Positions 33,319 through 43,600 of a stretch of DNA of 64,000 bases are shown piece by piece (within the stretch, counting starts at the first letter, position 1; each line of letters begins with the position of its first letter). A program made the translations under genes and the position numbers. Source of the DNA: Diplonema japonicum (taxonomy: Eukaryota > Protista > Euglenozoa: Diplonemea); the NCBI GenBank assembly GCA_964019335.1, contig OZ025658.1:124001-188000 (forward strand). The letters are read 5' to 3'. The notes below the pieces were generated by a model. That model searched no databases, was not told where the DNA came from, and saw nothing but the letters and a program-made list of their open reading frames with translations.

Positions 33319-34512
33319 TCATTTCCTTTGTGAAGGCTGCTTGCGCTCCATGTCGGCAGCCTCGTCGACGAGGACTTGGAACCCGTTCAGAGGGAGGTCC
33401 CCGACGGGCCATATACGGTGGTCCTTGTACAGCCGCTCGCTGTCGGGCATTCCCGGCGGGACCACAACATCGATAGTATCAGAGAGAACAGAACATTTGA
33501 GCATTCTGTCAGAAGGGGTGGTGAAGGAGAGGGATGGAGATGCATTAACCTCAATGAGCCAAGGGCGGAGGGAACTGTCAACAAGAAGGTCGTACCCGTA
33601 AAGCTCGAAGCAGTGACGGTCGTTCGTGATGACGGTCTGGCACGCCTTTAGAGAGTGCGCGATGACGAAATTAATGGTGTTGAACAGTTTCTCGCTTTTC
33701 TCTTTCCCGAGGCTGCTCTCGAGGTACAACCTCAGATTGTTCACGTTCCACTTCCCACCATGCTTATCGTTGTACTCATCGCCTTGCTTTTGAACAGCAA
33801 CGTTCGTTAAATGAACGAATAAATTATCCAGATCACCAACATCGGTGTTATATGCTACCGTGCAGAACCTTGCAAACCCTTCCCTGTGTATATAAGCACG
33901 CAAGGGCCGGTAGGAGGTCACTAAGACGTAAAATCTGAGATCGAACTTCTTCCCCCCGATGAGAAGCGGGTTCTCAATGTACTTAGATATAATGTACTGT
34001 TCCTTGGAGATGCCGGACTCGCCTTGAAGCCATTTTTGTTTCGCCCATTTTGTTATCTGGCCGAGCTTTGTTACGATGAAGATGCCCTTGCCCTGGGCGC
34101 GGTTCGCGGGTTTCACAATCCACAGGGAATTGGTTTTCTTGTACTCTTCTATGAATAACGCGTAGTCTGAGGGAAGAGAGTATGTCAGTGGAACAAAGTC
34201 TGCCACAGTTTCCACATCTTGGTTGTAGATAGATTGGTTTTTTTCGTTGTCTTTTTTGTATCGTTTTACGTTCTTGACCATGCAGTCCTTTCTGGTCAGT
34301 TCGTGGTGGTTCGGGAAGTGATTGATGATCTGAGCCTCGCCGAGCCTGACGGAGGCCTCCGGTGAGAAGATCATCTTGACCGTCCAAACCGTAGTCCAAA
34401 ACACGTTCCAATCCTCCTCATGTGTCCGCGCCCAACCCCGCCTTTCAAAATTGCTCACCAGCACACCCTTGTCTGCTTCGATCCGGTATTTTACTCGGGT
34501 TTCTCTCGACAT
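33319..34512 (-). CDS. TTLL1: Tubulin polyglutamylase TTLL1-like
   Basis: INHFPNHHELTRKD, WIVKP, AQGKGIF, KYIENPLLIGGKKFDLR, HLTNVAVQK, CFELYGYD and WLIEVNASPS motifs. Confidence 0.93.
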   Translation of the reverse strand: MSRETRVKYRIEADKGVLVSNFERRGWARTHEEDWNVFWTTVWTVKMIFSPEASVRLGEAQIINHFPNHHELTRKDCMVKNVKRYKKDNEKNQSIYNQDVETVADFVPLTYSLPSDYALFIEEYKKTNSLWIVKPANRAQGKGIFIVTKLGQITKWAKQKWLQGESGISKEQYIISKYIENPLLIGGKKFDLRFYVLVTSYRPLRAYIHREGFARFCTVAYNTDVGDLDNLFVHLTNVAVQKQGDEYNDKHGGKWNVNNLRLYLESSLGKEKSEKLFNTINFVIAHSLKACQTVITNDRHCFELYGYDLLVDSSLRPWLIEVNASPSLSFTTPSDRMLKCSVLSDTIDVVVPPGMPDSERLYKDHRIWPVGDLPLNGFQVLVDEAADMERKQPSQRK

Positions 34513-34968
34513 TTTTTTCCCCCTATTTCTTTTTTTTTTTTTTTTTTTTTTTTGTGTGGACTTTTTTTTTTTTTTTTGGGAGGGGAAAGAGAGAAAATGA
34601 CAAAGAATCCGTAGACATACACAGAGGGGAGGAGGGGTGTGATGAAAAAAAAAAAGAAAAAAAAACAGGGATAGACTGGAGAGTGGAGGGGAATCTTTTT
34701 TTTTTTATTTGGTTTCTTCCCTTTTCTTTTTATTCTAAAAAAAAAAAAAAAAAACTCGATAAAATTTCAGTGTGCATGGGGGTGCTCACTGAAAAAAAAA
34801 AAAAAACCCGCAAAAAAGTGGGGGAAAGGTTCGCGTTTCCGCGTTCACCCAAAAAAAAGGGGGGGTGGTGAGTCCGTGAGTTGCAAGCTACCAGTAATCT
34901 CTGCCATCATCAGCTTAGCTGGGGTCTGCCTCTGCCTCTGCTTCTGACTTTGCTGCTTCTGTTGCTGC

Positions 34969-34999
<31 letters not shown>

Positions 35000-35284
35000 A
35001 AGGAAGCCAGACATTTAAAATGGTTTGAAATATTTTCAGTGATATTTGGGATGGAAGACGTCAGCCAGCTTCTTGCTTGACCTCGGCTAGATGAGGAGCG
35101 TAGAGGCCGCACACTTAGGAGCAAAACATGCCCGTTTCTCCTTAACCGTCATCCCGAGACCCCAAAAAACCGGGTTTTGGGTAGTATGCGAATTATGCCC
35201 CCAAAAGCTCTTCCAGTGGTTATTTAAGAAAAATCTCGCCGGAAAAAAAAACCTTTTTCATTTACAGTACGGGACTTTTCTTAA

Positions 35285-35799
35285 CCATCTACCAACGAGC
35301 GTCTTTATAGAGACGATTTGAAAAAAAATCTTTTGCGCAAAGGGCTTTCAATGCAATACAGCCCGGCCACTTCTCGCATCCGGGGTCCTGCGCGGAAAAT
35401 ATGAAAAATATAAACTAAATGATGCCCTAACTTTGCAAGAAAATGAAAAAATAAAAAAAAACGCCAGCCCAAATTTACCCTTAAAAATCACTTCAAAAAA
35501 GGGCTCCCCCAGCCCTGGGGCACGTACGAACCGCGTCAGGAAGGCCGTGAATAGCTTTTTATAGAATTTTACAGTCGATTTTTTTTTGACTTGTTTTTGT
35601 ACCCCCTCTCGAGCACTTCGGGAACGATATTTTTGACAATGTTGTGGGGGTGGGCCCTGCTGTGGGCACCCTCTCTCTAGAATTGGGACATCTGGAGGCA
35701 TTTCCGGGGGCATATAGCCCCGGCGTTGCGCTAGAATAGCTTTTTTGAAGTTTTGAAAATTTACCCCCTGGTGAGCAAAAATGGTCCGTTGGTAGATGG
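35285..35799. mobile_element. Non-autonomous piggyBac-like MITE, family B (515 bp)
   Basis: Perfect 13-bp TIRs ccatctaccaacg / cgttggtagatgg flanked by TTAA on both sides (35281-35284 and 35800-35803). Confidence 0.85.
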
Positions 35800-36430
35800 T
35801 TAAAGCGGTTTAAAAAAAAAAAAAAAAAGAATGTGATTTTGTTCTGCAGTTTCTTCAGAGGCGGTGATATGTTTCTTCTTATAATATATCTCGAAGAGGA
35901 AAAAAAAAAAAAGGTTCATAAGAGGTCCCATTTTAGTTTCTTTCCCCCCCCTTTTTTTTAATATTTCTTTTTTGCTTTTTGATATGTTTCCCACCCGTAC
36001 TTCAAAAGAAAATGATAAACAGCTAGAGGAAGGGAGAAAGGGGAAAGAGGAAAGAGAAGAAGACCAAAATCAAACACCCTTCTCCGCCCCCCCTTTTTTT
36101 TTCTTTACGTATATAAAAGTTTTTTTTTCAATGTCAATGACCCTATCTACTTAAAGTGTTGACAAGGCAAACAATATATGTTCTGCCTAAAGTATCACTT
36201 TCTCAGCTTCGACAAGGGCCATATATGAGAATTTTGAAACGCCTTTGGTACCTTCTTTGCGGCTAAAAAAAAAAGTGTTTTGGGGGGTTTTGTGAGGTAA
36301 ACAAAAAACTGAATATTTATGTGTAACATTTAGACCCCCCCCCCCCATCCCTATCCATACGAATTGATGATACAAAGGGAAAAGTACACAAAAAAAGAGG
36401 AAAGAAAAATAGTAAAGTAGGATGGGATTG

Positions 36431-36462
<32 letters not shown>

Positions 36463-36742
36463 TCCTTTCTTCCGTACTCCACGTCTTTCCATTTTTTATT
36501 TGTTTGTCTATTTTCATCTTTGTTTCTTTTTTTTGGGGGGGAAGGGAAGAGAAGTACATGTGACATATTTTTGTCGCTCGTACCTCTTAAACCACGAGAA
36601 AATCTTTTTCGTCTCTTTTTTTTCTTTTTTTTTTAAAATACAAAACGATGGGGAGGGTACAGAATAAGACTTTTTTTTGTTTGCATGGTTGTATTTTTTT
36701 TTTTTCTTTCACCGGTCCCGTTCTTTCCCCCCCCTCTTTCAA

Positions 36743-36777
36743 GAGTGAAAGTACAGAAACTGTAACTTTAGAATGGT
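36743..36777 (-). pseudogene. Degenerate spliced-leader relic or decayed retroelement 5' end
   Basis: Minus strand accattctaaagttacagtttctgtactttcactc matches the SL copy at 55640-55676 plus its downstream tttcactc. Confidence 0.7.
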
Positions 36778-37192
36778 AAAAAAAAAAAAATATTTTTAAA
36801 AAAATAGATTCTGCTGGATGAAACTATCCCCCCCCCCCCCCCCCCAAGTTCTTTCTTTCCCGCCTCAAGAGCTTCCTCTCGGGGGGGTAAAAAAAAGAAG
36901 AAAAAATATTTTAAAAAAAAGGAAACAGAACCATTGCTAAGGGAGGTAAGGCAGCAGAAAGAACAAAAAGGTTAAAATCGTGAGGTGGTGCTTGGCTTTA
37001 CGTTAATATTAGACCCATCACTTGGTCCACCCATTGCCTTCCTCCACAGTTTCCTCTCACCCATGACTCGTGTAACAAAGGAGGTGTCATCACACACCTG
37101 AAGACCTGTACCCGAGGAAAGAAGAATGTTTCTACTCAAAAAAAAAAGACCGCCAAGCACCACGAGGGGCCTATTATCTTTCCCGGATTCTT

Positions 37193-37237
<45 letters not shown>

Positions 37238-37507
37238 AACGTTTCGTCTACCGAGAAAATATGTTGTCTTTTTTTTTTTTTTTTTTCGTTCTTCTTTTCT
37301 CATTTTTTTTTCTTTTAAAAAACCAACACACAAAGACATGAAGGAGAAAAAAAAATAGGAACACGGGTTTACATCGTCTACAAGAGGAAAAAAAAGGGGG
37401 GGGGGAAAGGAGGAGTGGGGGCGTACACATAAGATCAGCCCCCACCTCACTCCTTTTTTTTCCCTTTTTTTTTTTCCCCCATCTACTTTTTTTTTTTTTT
37501 TAAACTT

Positions 37508-38305
37508 TCAAGAAATAATACAGCAACTATGCTTCTCCTTTTCTTCGGGTGGGTTAACCATGACTTGCGACAGGGCTTCGACGCCGTTAGCGGTGGCCTT
37601 GGGGTTAGTGTGGAGGTACCAAAAGGTGATTGCTTTCGTGAATTCGTACCTATTAAGGTACCCAGACTGATCGATGTCGTTAGCCCACATGATCATCTTT
37701 AACTCTGTGGCTGTGGGCGGGATTCCACCATTCAGATCGGTCATCATTTTCCGCAGCTCTTTCGAGGAAATAGAACCCGAGCGGTCGGTGTCGTAGTTTT
37801 CAAATATTTTGTTGCAGAGTACCTCCTCGTCTTTTCCGAGTTCTCCTTCAGCGGTGCTGCTATTTCGCTTGGCGGCGGCTACAGCCTTCATGCGCCGATC
37901 ATGGACAGTGGCACCAGCGAAAATATGATTTTTCTCATGTGTGTTTTGGTACCACCACAACATTGCCTCTGTGAACCCTGAAAACGAGAGCCCCTTCGAT
38001 CCCGGGATTTTATGTTGCTGTAGTACCTTCTGCACTTCCGCCGGTTCTGGTTCTATACCATCGTTCAAAGCCGCCATCAGTTCCTTCAGTTGTTCCCAGT
38101 CTAGTTCGTCGGTGCCATCCTTGTCGTAGAGGTCGAAGACCTCTCTCATTTCCAATGCTTCCTTCGGTGGGAGTGTTCCCATTATTTTCACCTTCTCTGC
38201 TATTTCCAGCCTCCTCGTCGTCACCCCGCGGTGCTGCGTCTCAGGCCATCCTTGCTTCCTCTGCGCCAAAACCGCGGGGGCTAGTCCAAACTGCCATCCT
38301 GGCAT
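37508..38305 (-). CDS. Calmodulin-like EF-hand protein with C-terminal CaaX-like motif
   Basis: EF loops DKDGTDELDWEQL, DTDRSGSISSKEL and DIDQSGYLNRYEF. Ends CCIIS*. Confidence 0.85.
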   Translation of the reverse strand: MPGWQFGLAPAVLAQRKQGWPETQHRGVTTRRLEIAEKVKIMGTLPPKEALEMREVFDLYDKDGTDELDWEQLKELMAALNDGIEPEPAEVQKVLQQHKIPGSKGLSFSGFTEAMLWWYQNTHEKNHIFAGATVHDRRMKAVAAAKRNSSTAEGELGKDEEVLCNKIFENYDTDRSGSISSKELRKMMTDLNGGIPPTATELKMIMWANDIDQSGYLNRYEFTKAITFWYLHTNPKATANGVEALSQVMVNPPEEKEKHSCCIIS

Positions 38306-38453
38306 TCAAACCTGTTGTTGATTGTTATAATCTAGTAAGAACAAAAAAAAGGAGGGGGGGAAAAAAAAGGGTGGTGCCGAATTCCAAAAAAAAAAAAGGT
38401 TAGGGAAAAAAAAAATAGAAATTGGCGCCAAGAAAAAAAAAAAATCTTTTTTT

Positions 38454-39758
38454 TTAAATATTCTCGTGGTGTGGGTAGCCGTACCCTTCCAGCTCGGCTG
38501 CCGTGGCACGCTTCTGGTGTAGATCGTACCCGTCTTGCTTTGTGAGGTGGTATTTCCCCTCGGATGCGACATATGCTCGGACCCACCACCCGTCCTTGCT
38601 CTTTCCGATGTGCTCCAAGTGGTCCTCCACGGTGAATGACACTTCAGTACAATCGATCAAACGTCCGGTAACGATACTAGAAGAAGGCGTCAGCGTGAGG
38701 TTGAAAACGGCAGGGTCCCGACGGTTCGGGGCCTTGGCATTGGACATGGAAGTGTCCATGCTGAAGAGGATGGCTCCTGAAGGGGACAAGGGTGATATCA
38801 AAGGTGTGTCCCCAACAGGCTTGTGACCCGTGCAGACACGTGTTATGTTATTCTCGGAGAAAAATTTAACAACATCACTATGGGGCGGCGAGAGAGCTCC
38901 TCTAGAGTACCACGACTCGACCACTATGTTCTTCCCGACTGTTCCTGTAGTGATTTGAAAGGTCATCAGAGCTCTACCGAGGTTGCCTTGGTTTGTTTTG
39001 TACTCGTTCAGTGCTTTTTGCTTGAAATCTTCAAGTGCAGCGCACCATTCCGAAAGCGTACCATAGTGCTTCCCCGGTACCTTTGAAGCATCGCCCCCTT
39101 TGTGGCTGAACTCCAATTTCAGGTCCGGTACGAAACCAAGCCCCGCCTTGGGGACACACCCGTGTACGAAGAGCGTGTTCTGCAGTGTCAGTATTAAACA
39201 CCCCTTTTCAAGGTACTCTATTAGAAATTGGTTCTTCACAGTGAAGGATTCGGATACAGCCTCGTCGGTGGGTGTGAGGGTTGGGTTGTTACTTATAATC
39301 CTCATTTCTTCCCTTCTGTATTCAAAGCTTTTCGGTGCGTTCATTGTGTACTGTAGTATGTACTTTACCTTTTCCACGCGGGTGTCAGGTCGATCTTCCA
39401 GGAAGGTTCTGTAGTCTATCTGTTTCGGGTCCCAAAATGGTTTTGGGGGATCGGTACCGTCAGTTACTTCTAGTTTGAACCTGAGCTTGTTGACGTCACG
39501 GTTGCCCAGTACCCAGAACACCCTGTCCGGGTGGCGGTCCTTGAAGTCGACGAACATCCTTGCTAGGCGGATGTCCCCCGGGCCCTTGTCAAAAAGATCC
39601 CCCCCAAAGACAAAATACAAATCCTGCGTGACAGGGTTTTCTGTGAAGCACAGGTGTTCACCGTCATCCTCTGAGAAGGAGAGAATGGAGGAGCGGTCCA
39701 CACACGTTTTAAAATACTGCAGATCGCCTTCAATGTCTGTCAGGTATTCTATCTTCAT
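38454..39758 (-). CDS. Calcineurin-like metallophosphoesterase
   Basis: TDIEG, GGDLFDKG, LGNRD, FVHG and GHKP motifs in the expected order. Confidence 0.8.
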   Translation of the reverse strand: MKIEYLTDIEGDLQYFKTCVDRSSILSFSEDDGEHLCFTENPVTQDLYFVFGGDLFDKGPGDIRLARMFVDFKDRHPDRVFWVLGNRDVNKLRFKLEVTDGTDPPKPFWDPKQIDYRTFLEDRPDTRVEKVKYILQYTMNAPKSFEYRREEMRIISNNPTLTPTDEAVSESFTVKNQFLIEYLEKGCLILTLQNTLFVHGCVPKAGLGFVPDLKLEFSHKGGDASKVPGKHYGTLSEWCAALEDFKQKALNEYKTNQGNLGRALMTFQITTGTVGKNIVVESWYSRGALSPPHSDVVKFFSENNITRVCTGHKPVGDTPLISPLSPSGAILFSMDTSMSNAKAPNRRDPAVFNLTLTPSSSIVTGRLIDCTEVSFTVEDHLEHIGKSKDGWWVRAYVASEGKYHLTKQDGYDLHQKRATAAELEGYGYPHHENI

Positions 39759-40664
39759 AGTTTTTTTTTTGTTTTTTGTTTCCCCCCCCCCCCTCCTTCA
39801 GTATGTTGATGGCGTGAGGTTTCTTTTAAAAAAAAAAAGAAAAAGAAAGGGATGGGAACGTGGGGGGCGAAGGAAAAAAAAAAAGAAAATGGGGAAAGGC
39901 CCGTCGGGAGAGGGGGGGAGTAAAGAGTGAAAAAAAAAGGGGGTATTTTCTTTTTTGGGGGTTGTGGGAAGCATGAATAAAAGAACTAGAATAAAGAATA
40001 AGGAAAAAAAAAAAAAAAAAAAAAGAAGAAGAAAATAGCTTATTAGTGTGGGATAGATTGCACCAACCCTCTCTCTCTCTCTCTCCCCCCCCCCCTTTTT
40101 TTTTCCCCTCCCTCTTTTTTTTTCTCAAGGAAAAAAACTTTTACTGAAGAAAAGTCGGGGGAAATTCAATAGAAACCGTAACAACGGTCTATTAAAAAAA
40201 GGGGGGGGGGGCAGGGTGAATCAATCCAACTAACGAACAACTAAGTAGTTGTATGCAGGGTCAAAGAAAAGAAAAATCCCTTTTTTTTGTTTCTTTTTTT
40301 CACCCCCCCTGTTAGTTTTCTTCTTTTTTTTAAGGAGAAACAGAGAGAAGGAAAGGGCTAATGGTGGAAGTGGTAGATAAATCACTTTTTTGACAAAAAG
40401 AAGGGGGAAGTGAAACACGAACTTCAAAAAAAAAAAAAAAAAGAAATAGAGGGGAAACAAAATGAATAACATATGATACCCTTTTCTTCTTCTCATTATT
40501 TTCTTTCTTTCCCCTCAACCTTCTTCCAATAGTGACCGCAATAATTATAATTTCTTTCAAGAAAAAAAATAAAATAAAAAAGGTTTTTTTTATCAATGAA
40601 AAAATAAAAAATAAGAGATGAGATAAAGGAGGTTCCTGTTTTGGAACGTCCCCCTTGTCTCTAC

Positions 40665-43600
40665 TTATCTACCCCTTTCTCCCTTCTGGGGCCTCGGCCT
40701 TTCTTTCTTTTTTGGCTGTGTTGCCTTCCTCAAAGTATCCTCCCTTTCTTCTTGCCACTTTCTGCCCAGTTTCTTAAGGTCCTTCTTGGTTTTCTCTGAT
40801 GCAAAAACTGGCCTTCTGTTCCATCCCAGACTCTTCTTCGCACCTATGGTTCTAAGCGCGTGGTTCTTCTGGCTCTCCGCTGGGAAGATCCGTTTGCCTC
40901 TGACCTTCTTCTGTATGCGTGCTGTGTCCCACCCCTCTTGGATTCTTTCCAGGAGGCCGTGGAAACTCCGCGCTTTCTTCTGTATCATGTCTAGATCACC
41001 CTTCTTCCCCGTGATCGGCTCGACGCCCAGCGTGTTCTCGAAGTCTAGTACGAGTTCCATTGTGGTGACTGTCGTCTTCCTCGGTCCATCGTACCACTTC
41101 AGCTTTTTGAGCCACTTGACGATGTCTTCACCGTGCTTCATCATCAGGCTCCCGCTCACATGCTTCCTCAGCTCCTTCCATTCAGGTGGCGCATGAGCGT
41201 TTCCTTCCGTTACCTGTTCCCAGGGGTGCGTCGTGTACGTTTCTAGCTTTCTCTTGTCCTGGAGAAGCTGGTCCCGTTTTGCCACCACTTCCAGCAGGTA
41301 GTATTGCGTCTTCCTCAGCCGGTGTTGGTGTGTTCGGTGACCACGCGGGAGCGTTCCATGTAGCTGCATGCAGATTGGCATTTCCGTCTTGCTGGCCACT
41401 ACTTCTGCATGTACTTCCTTCTGTTGCACCTCCTTCGCCACACTGCATTCCCATAATGCGTGTCGCAGCATGTTGCTCTCGTCCTCCTCCGCACCGCACG
41501 CGTCGCATGTGACTTCGTCTGTTGTTGGTCTCTTGTTCACACGCTCGTGTGTCTCGTCCCCTTCCTCTTCCGAGCTGTCCTCGCTTTCGCTCTGCTCGCC
41601 CTCTGGGGGTGGTACCCGTCTGGTGATTTTGTCCTGGTACCACGCCTTTGGGTGGGTGTAGAAAACCCCTCCCGCCACGATCCTCCGGAGGTCTCTCGCT
41701 GCCATTGCTCCTTGTGGTCCGAGTCTCATCAGCTCTCGCCACAGGTCGTTCGTGCGTGGGTCTGCGCCCCGGTCTAACCCCTCCATCGAGCGTCTTCTGT
41801 CCTGTATGTGTTCCGCACGTCCCGACCTTAGCTTTTCTCGCACTACATGTGCGAATTTGTCCTTGTTCTCAGCTAGCATTTCGGTGAACTGCCCCCAGTT
41901 TGTGCTGATCTTCGGGAGCCACCGCTTCATCGCGTTGCCTATCGGGCCCAAAGGTGTCGTTCTTGTCGGGTCTTGGTACCCTTTGGCAAGTCTCTGGCAC
42001 CGCTCCCACACCTCTCCCAATTTTCGTCTCGTTCTGTATATGGCTGCTAGTGCTCTGTAGGGCGCTGCTACCTCTGGGTCGTGTGTGTGTCCGCTGAACA
42101 GGTTTGACAGCACCGCCGCTGGTGATCTTGTTCTGTACCTCGGTCCCCACAAGGCGTATGTCGCGGTTGATGTGAGCGATTTGAGGTATCCTTCCGACGG
42201 CGGCGCGAATGCAACATCATACAGACAGCTGGGTAGCACCGTTGTTCGCAGGACTTCCGCTTTCTGCCAGAAAGAGAGCTGAGTGGTCGCGAGCCTCCGT
42301 AGCGTGTCGCCCGCCGCCCTGGCCCTGGTGTTGTCCGTCTGCGTCTGACCATCCGTGCGTATCCTCGCCCCCAGGACCTTGATCTTGTTCGTGGACCGCA
42401 GCTGCCTTCCTGCTACCTCTATCCCTGGTGCCTTCGCTCCTGCTGCGAACACTTCGGACTTCTTCGTGTTGAGCTCCATGCCAACTATGTCGCAGAATGC
42501 GGATGCACTGTCCGTGGCTTTTTGTAGTACTTCTGCTAGTTTCGCCAATAGGTATGCGTCGTCCGCATACGACAGAGTCTCCGCTCCCGTTCGTTCCTCC
42601 ACACTCCTCATCAAGACCGCTAGTAGAGCGTTGATCATGATGATGGAGATCGGGCACCCTTGCAGGATTCCGTTTGTGGTTGTGAACTCCTCGCCTACTC
42701 CTGTCGCGTATCTGAATCTCCTTCTGAGACCCTTGTACATCCCTTCTAACGCTCTCAGGATACCTTTGTCCATTCCCATCCGTTCCATCAGCTTCAGCAC
42801 CAGTTGTTGTGGAACTGTGTCAAAACACTTGGCGAAGTCTAGTGCGACACCCAACAACGGTGTCTTGTCCATCGCTGCTTCCTCTATCCTGGTGCAGATG
42901 TCCATGAGAACGTCCTCTGTCCCATGTCTGGCCCTAAACCCGTGTTGAGTTTTGTGGATCCAGGATTCTTGCCATTCGAGAATATCACCAAGCCTTGTGC
43001 ACGCCCATAATCTGTACACTGCCGACGTGACTGTTATGGGCCGATGCTCGAGTGGTCCTGCGTTCTTGGTCTTCGGGATAAGGGTCACCAGAGCTGTCAA
43101 CGCCGACTCCGGCCATTTTCCTGTCTCCTCTACCTCATTGAGGAAAACAGCCCATGCGTCCAATATGGATACTGGTAGCCTTCGTAGCTCTGCCATCCGC
43201 CAGCCGTCTACCCCCGCTGCGCTTCTGGCCGTCTTTTTCTTCAGCACCTGCTTCAGGCGTATCCCAGTGATCGGTGTCCACACCATGTCTCTTTTTTCGA
43301 TGTACGCACCGTACTCCTTCTCGAATGTTGCGTACGCGGGCTGGGGCTTGTCTCTGTATTTCGCAAAGACATGTTCCCAATGTTCCCTCATTGTCCTGTC
43401 CAATTCCTGCGGGTTTGCAATCGTGTCCTTTTCCATCTCCACAGTTGCTGTCCCCCGCTTGTCCTCGATTCCTTTCGCGCTGTCCACGAGCTCCTTCGTC
43501 TCTTTTCCTTGTTCGACTGAGTCAAGGTAGCTCCTGTGCCTTGCCGTGCGCTGTTCCTTCACCATCTCCCGTTCGCGTCTCTCCACCGCCTCTGACATGA

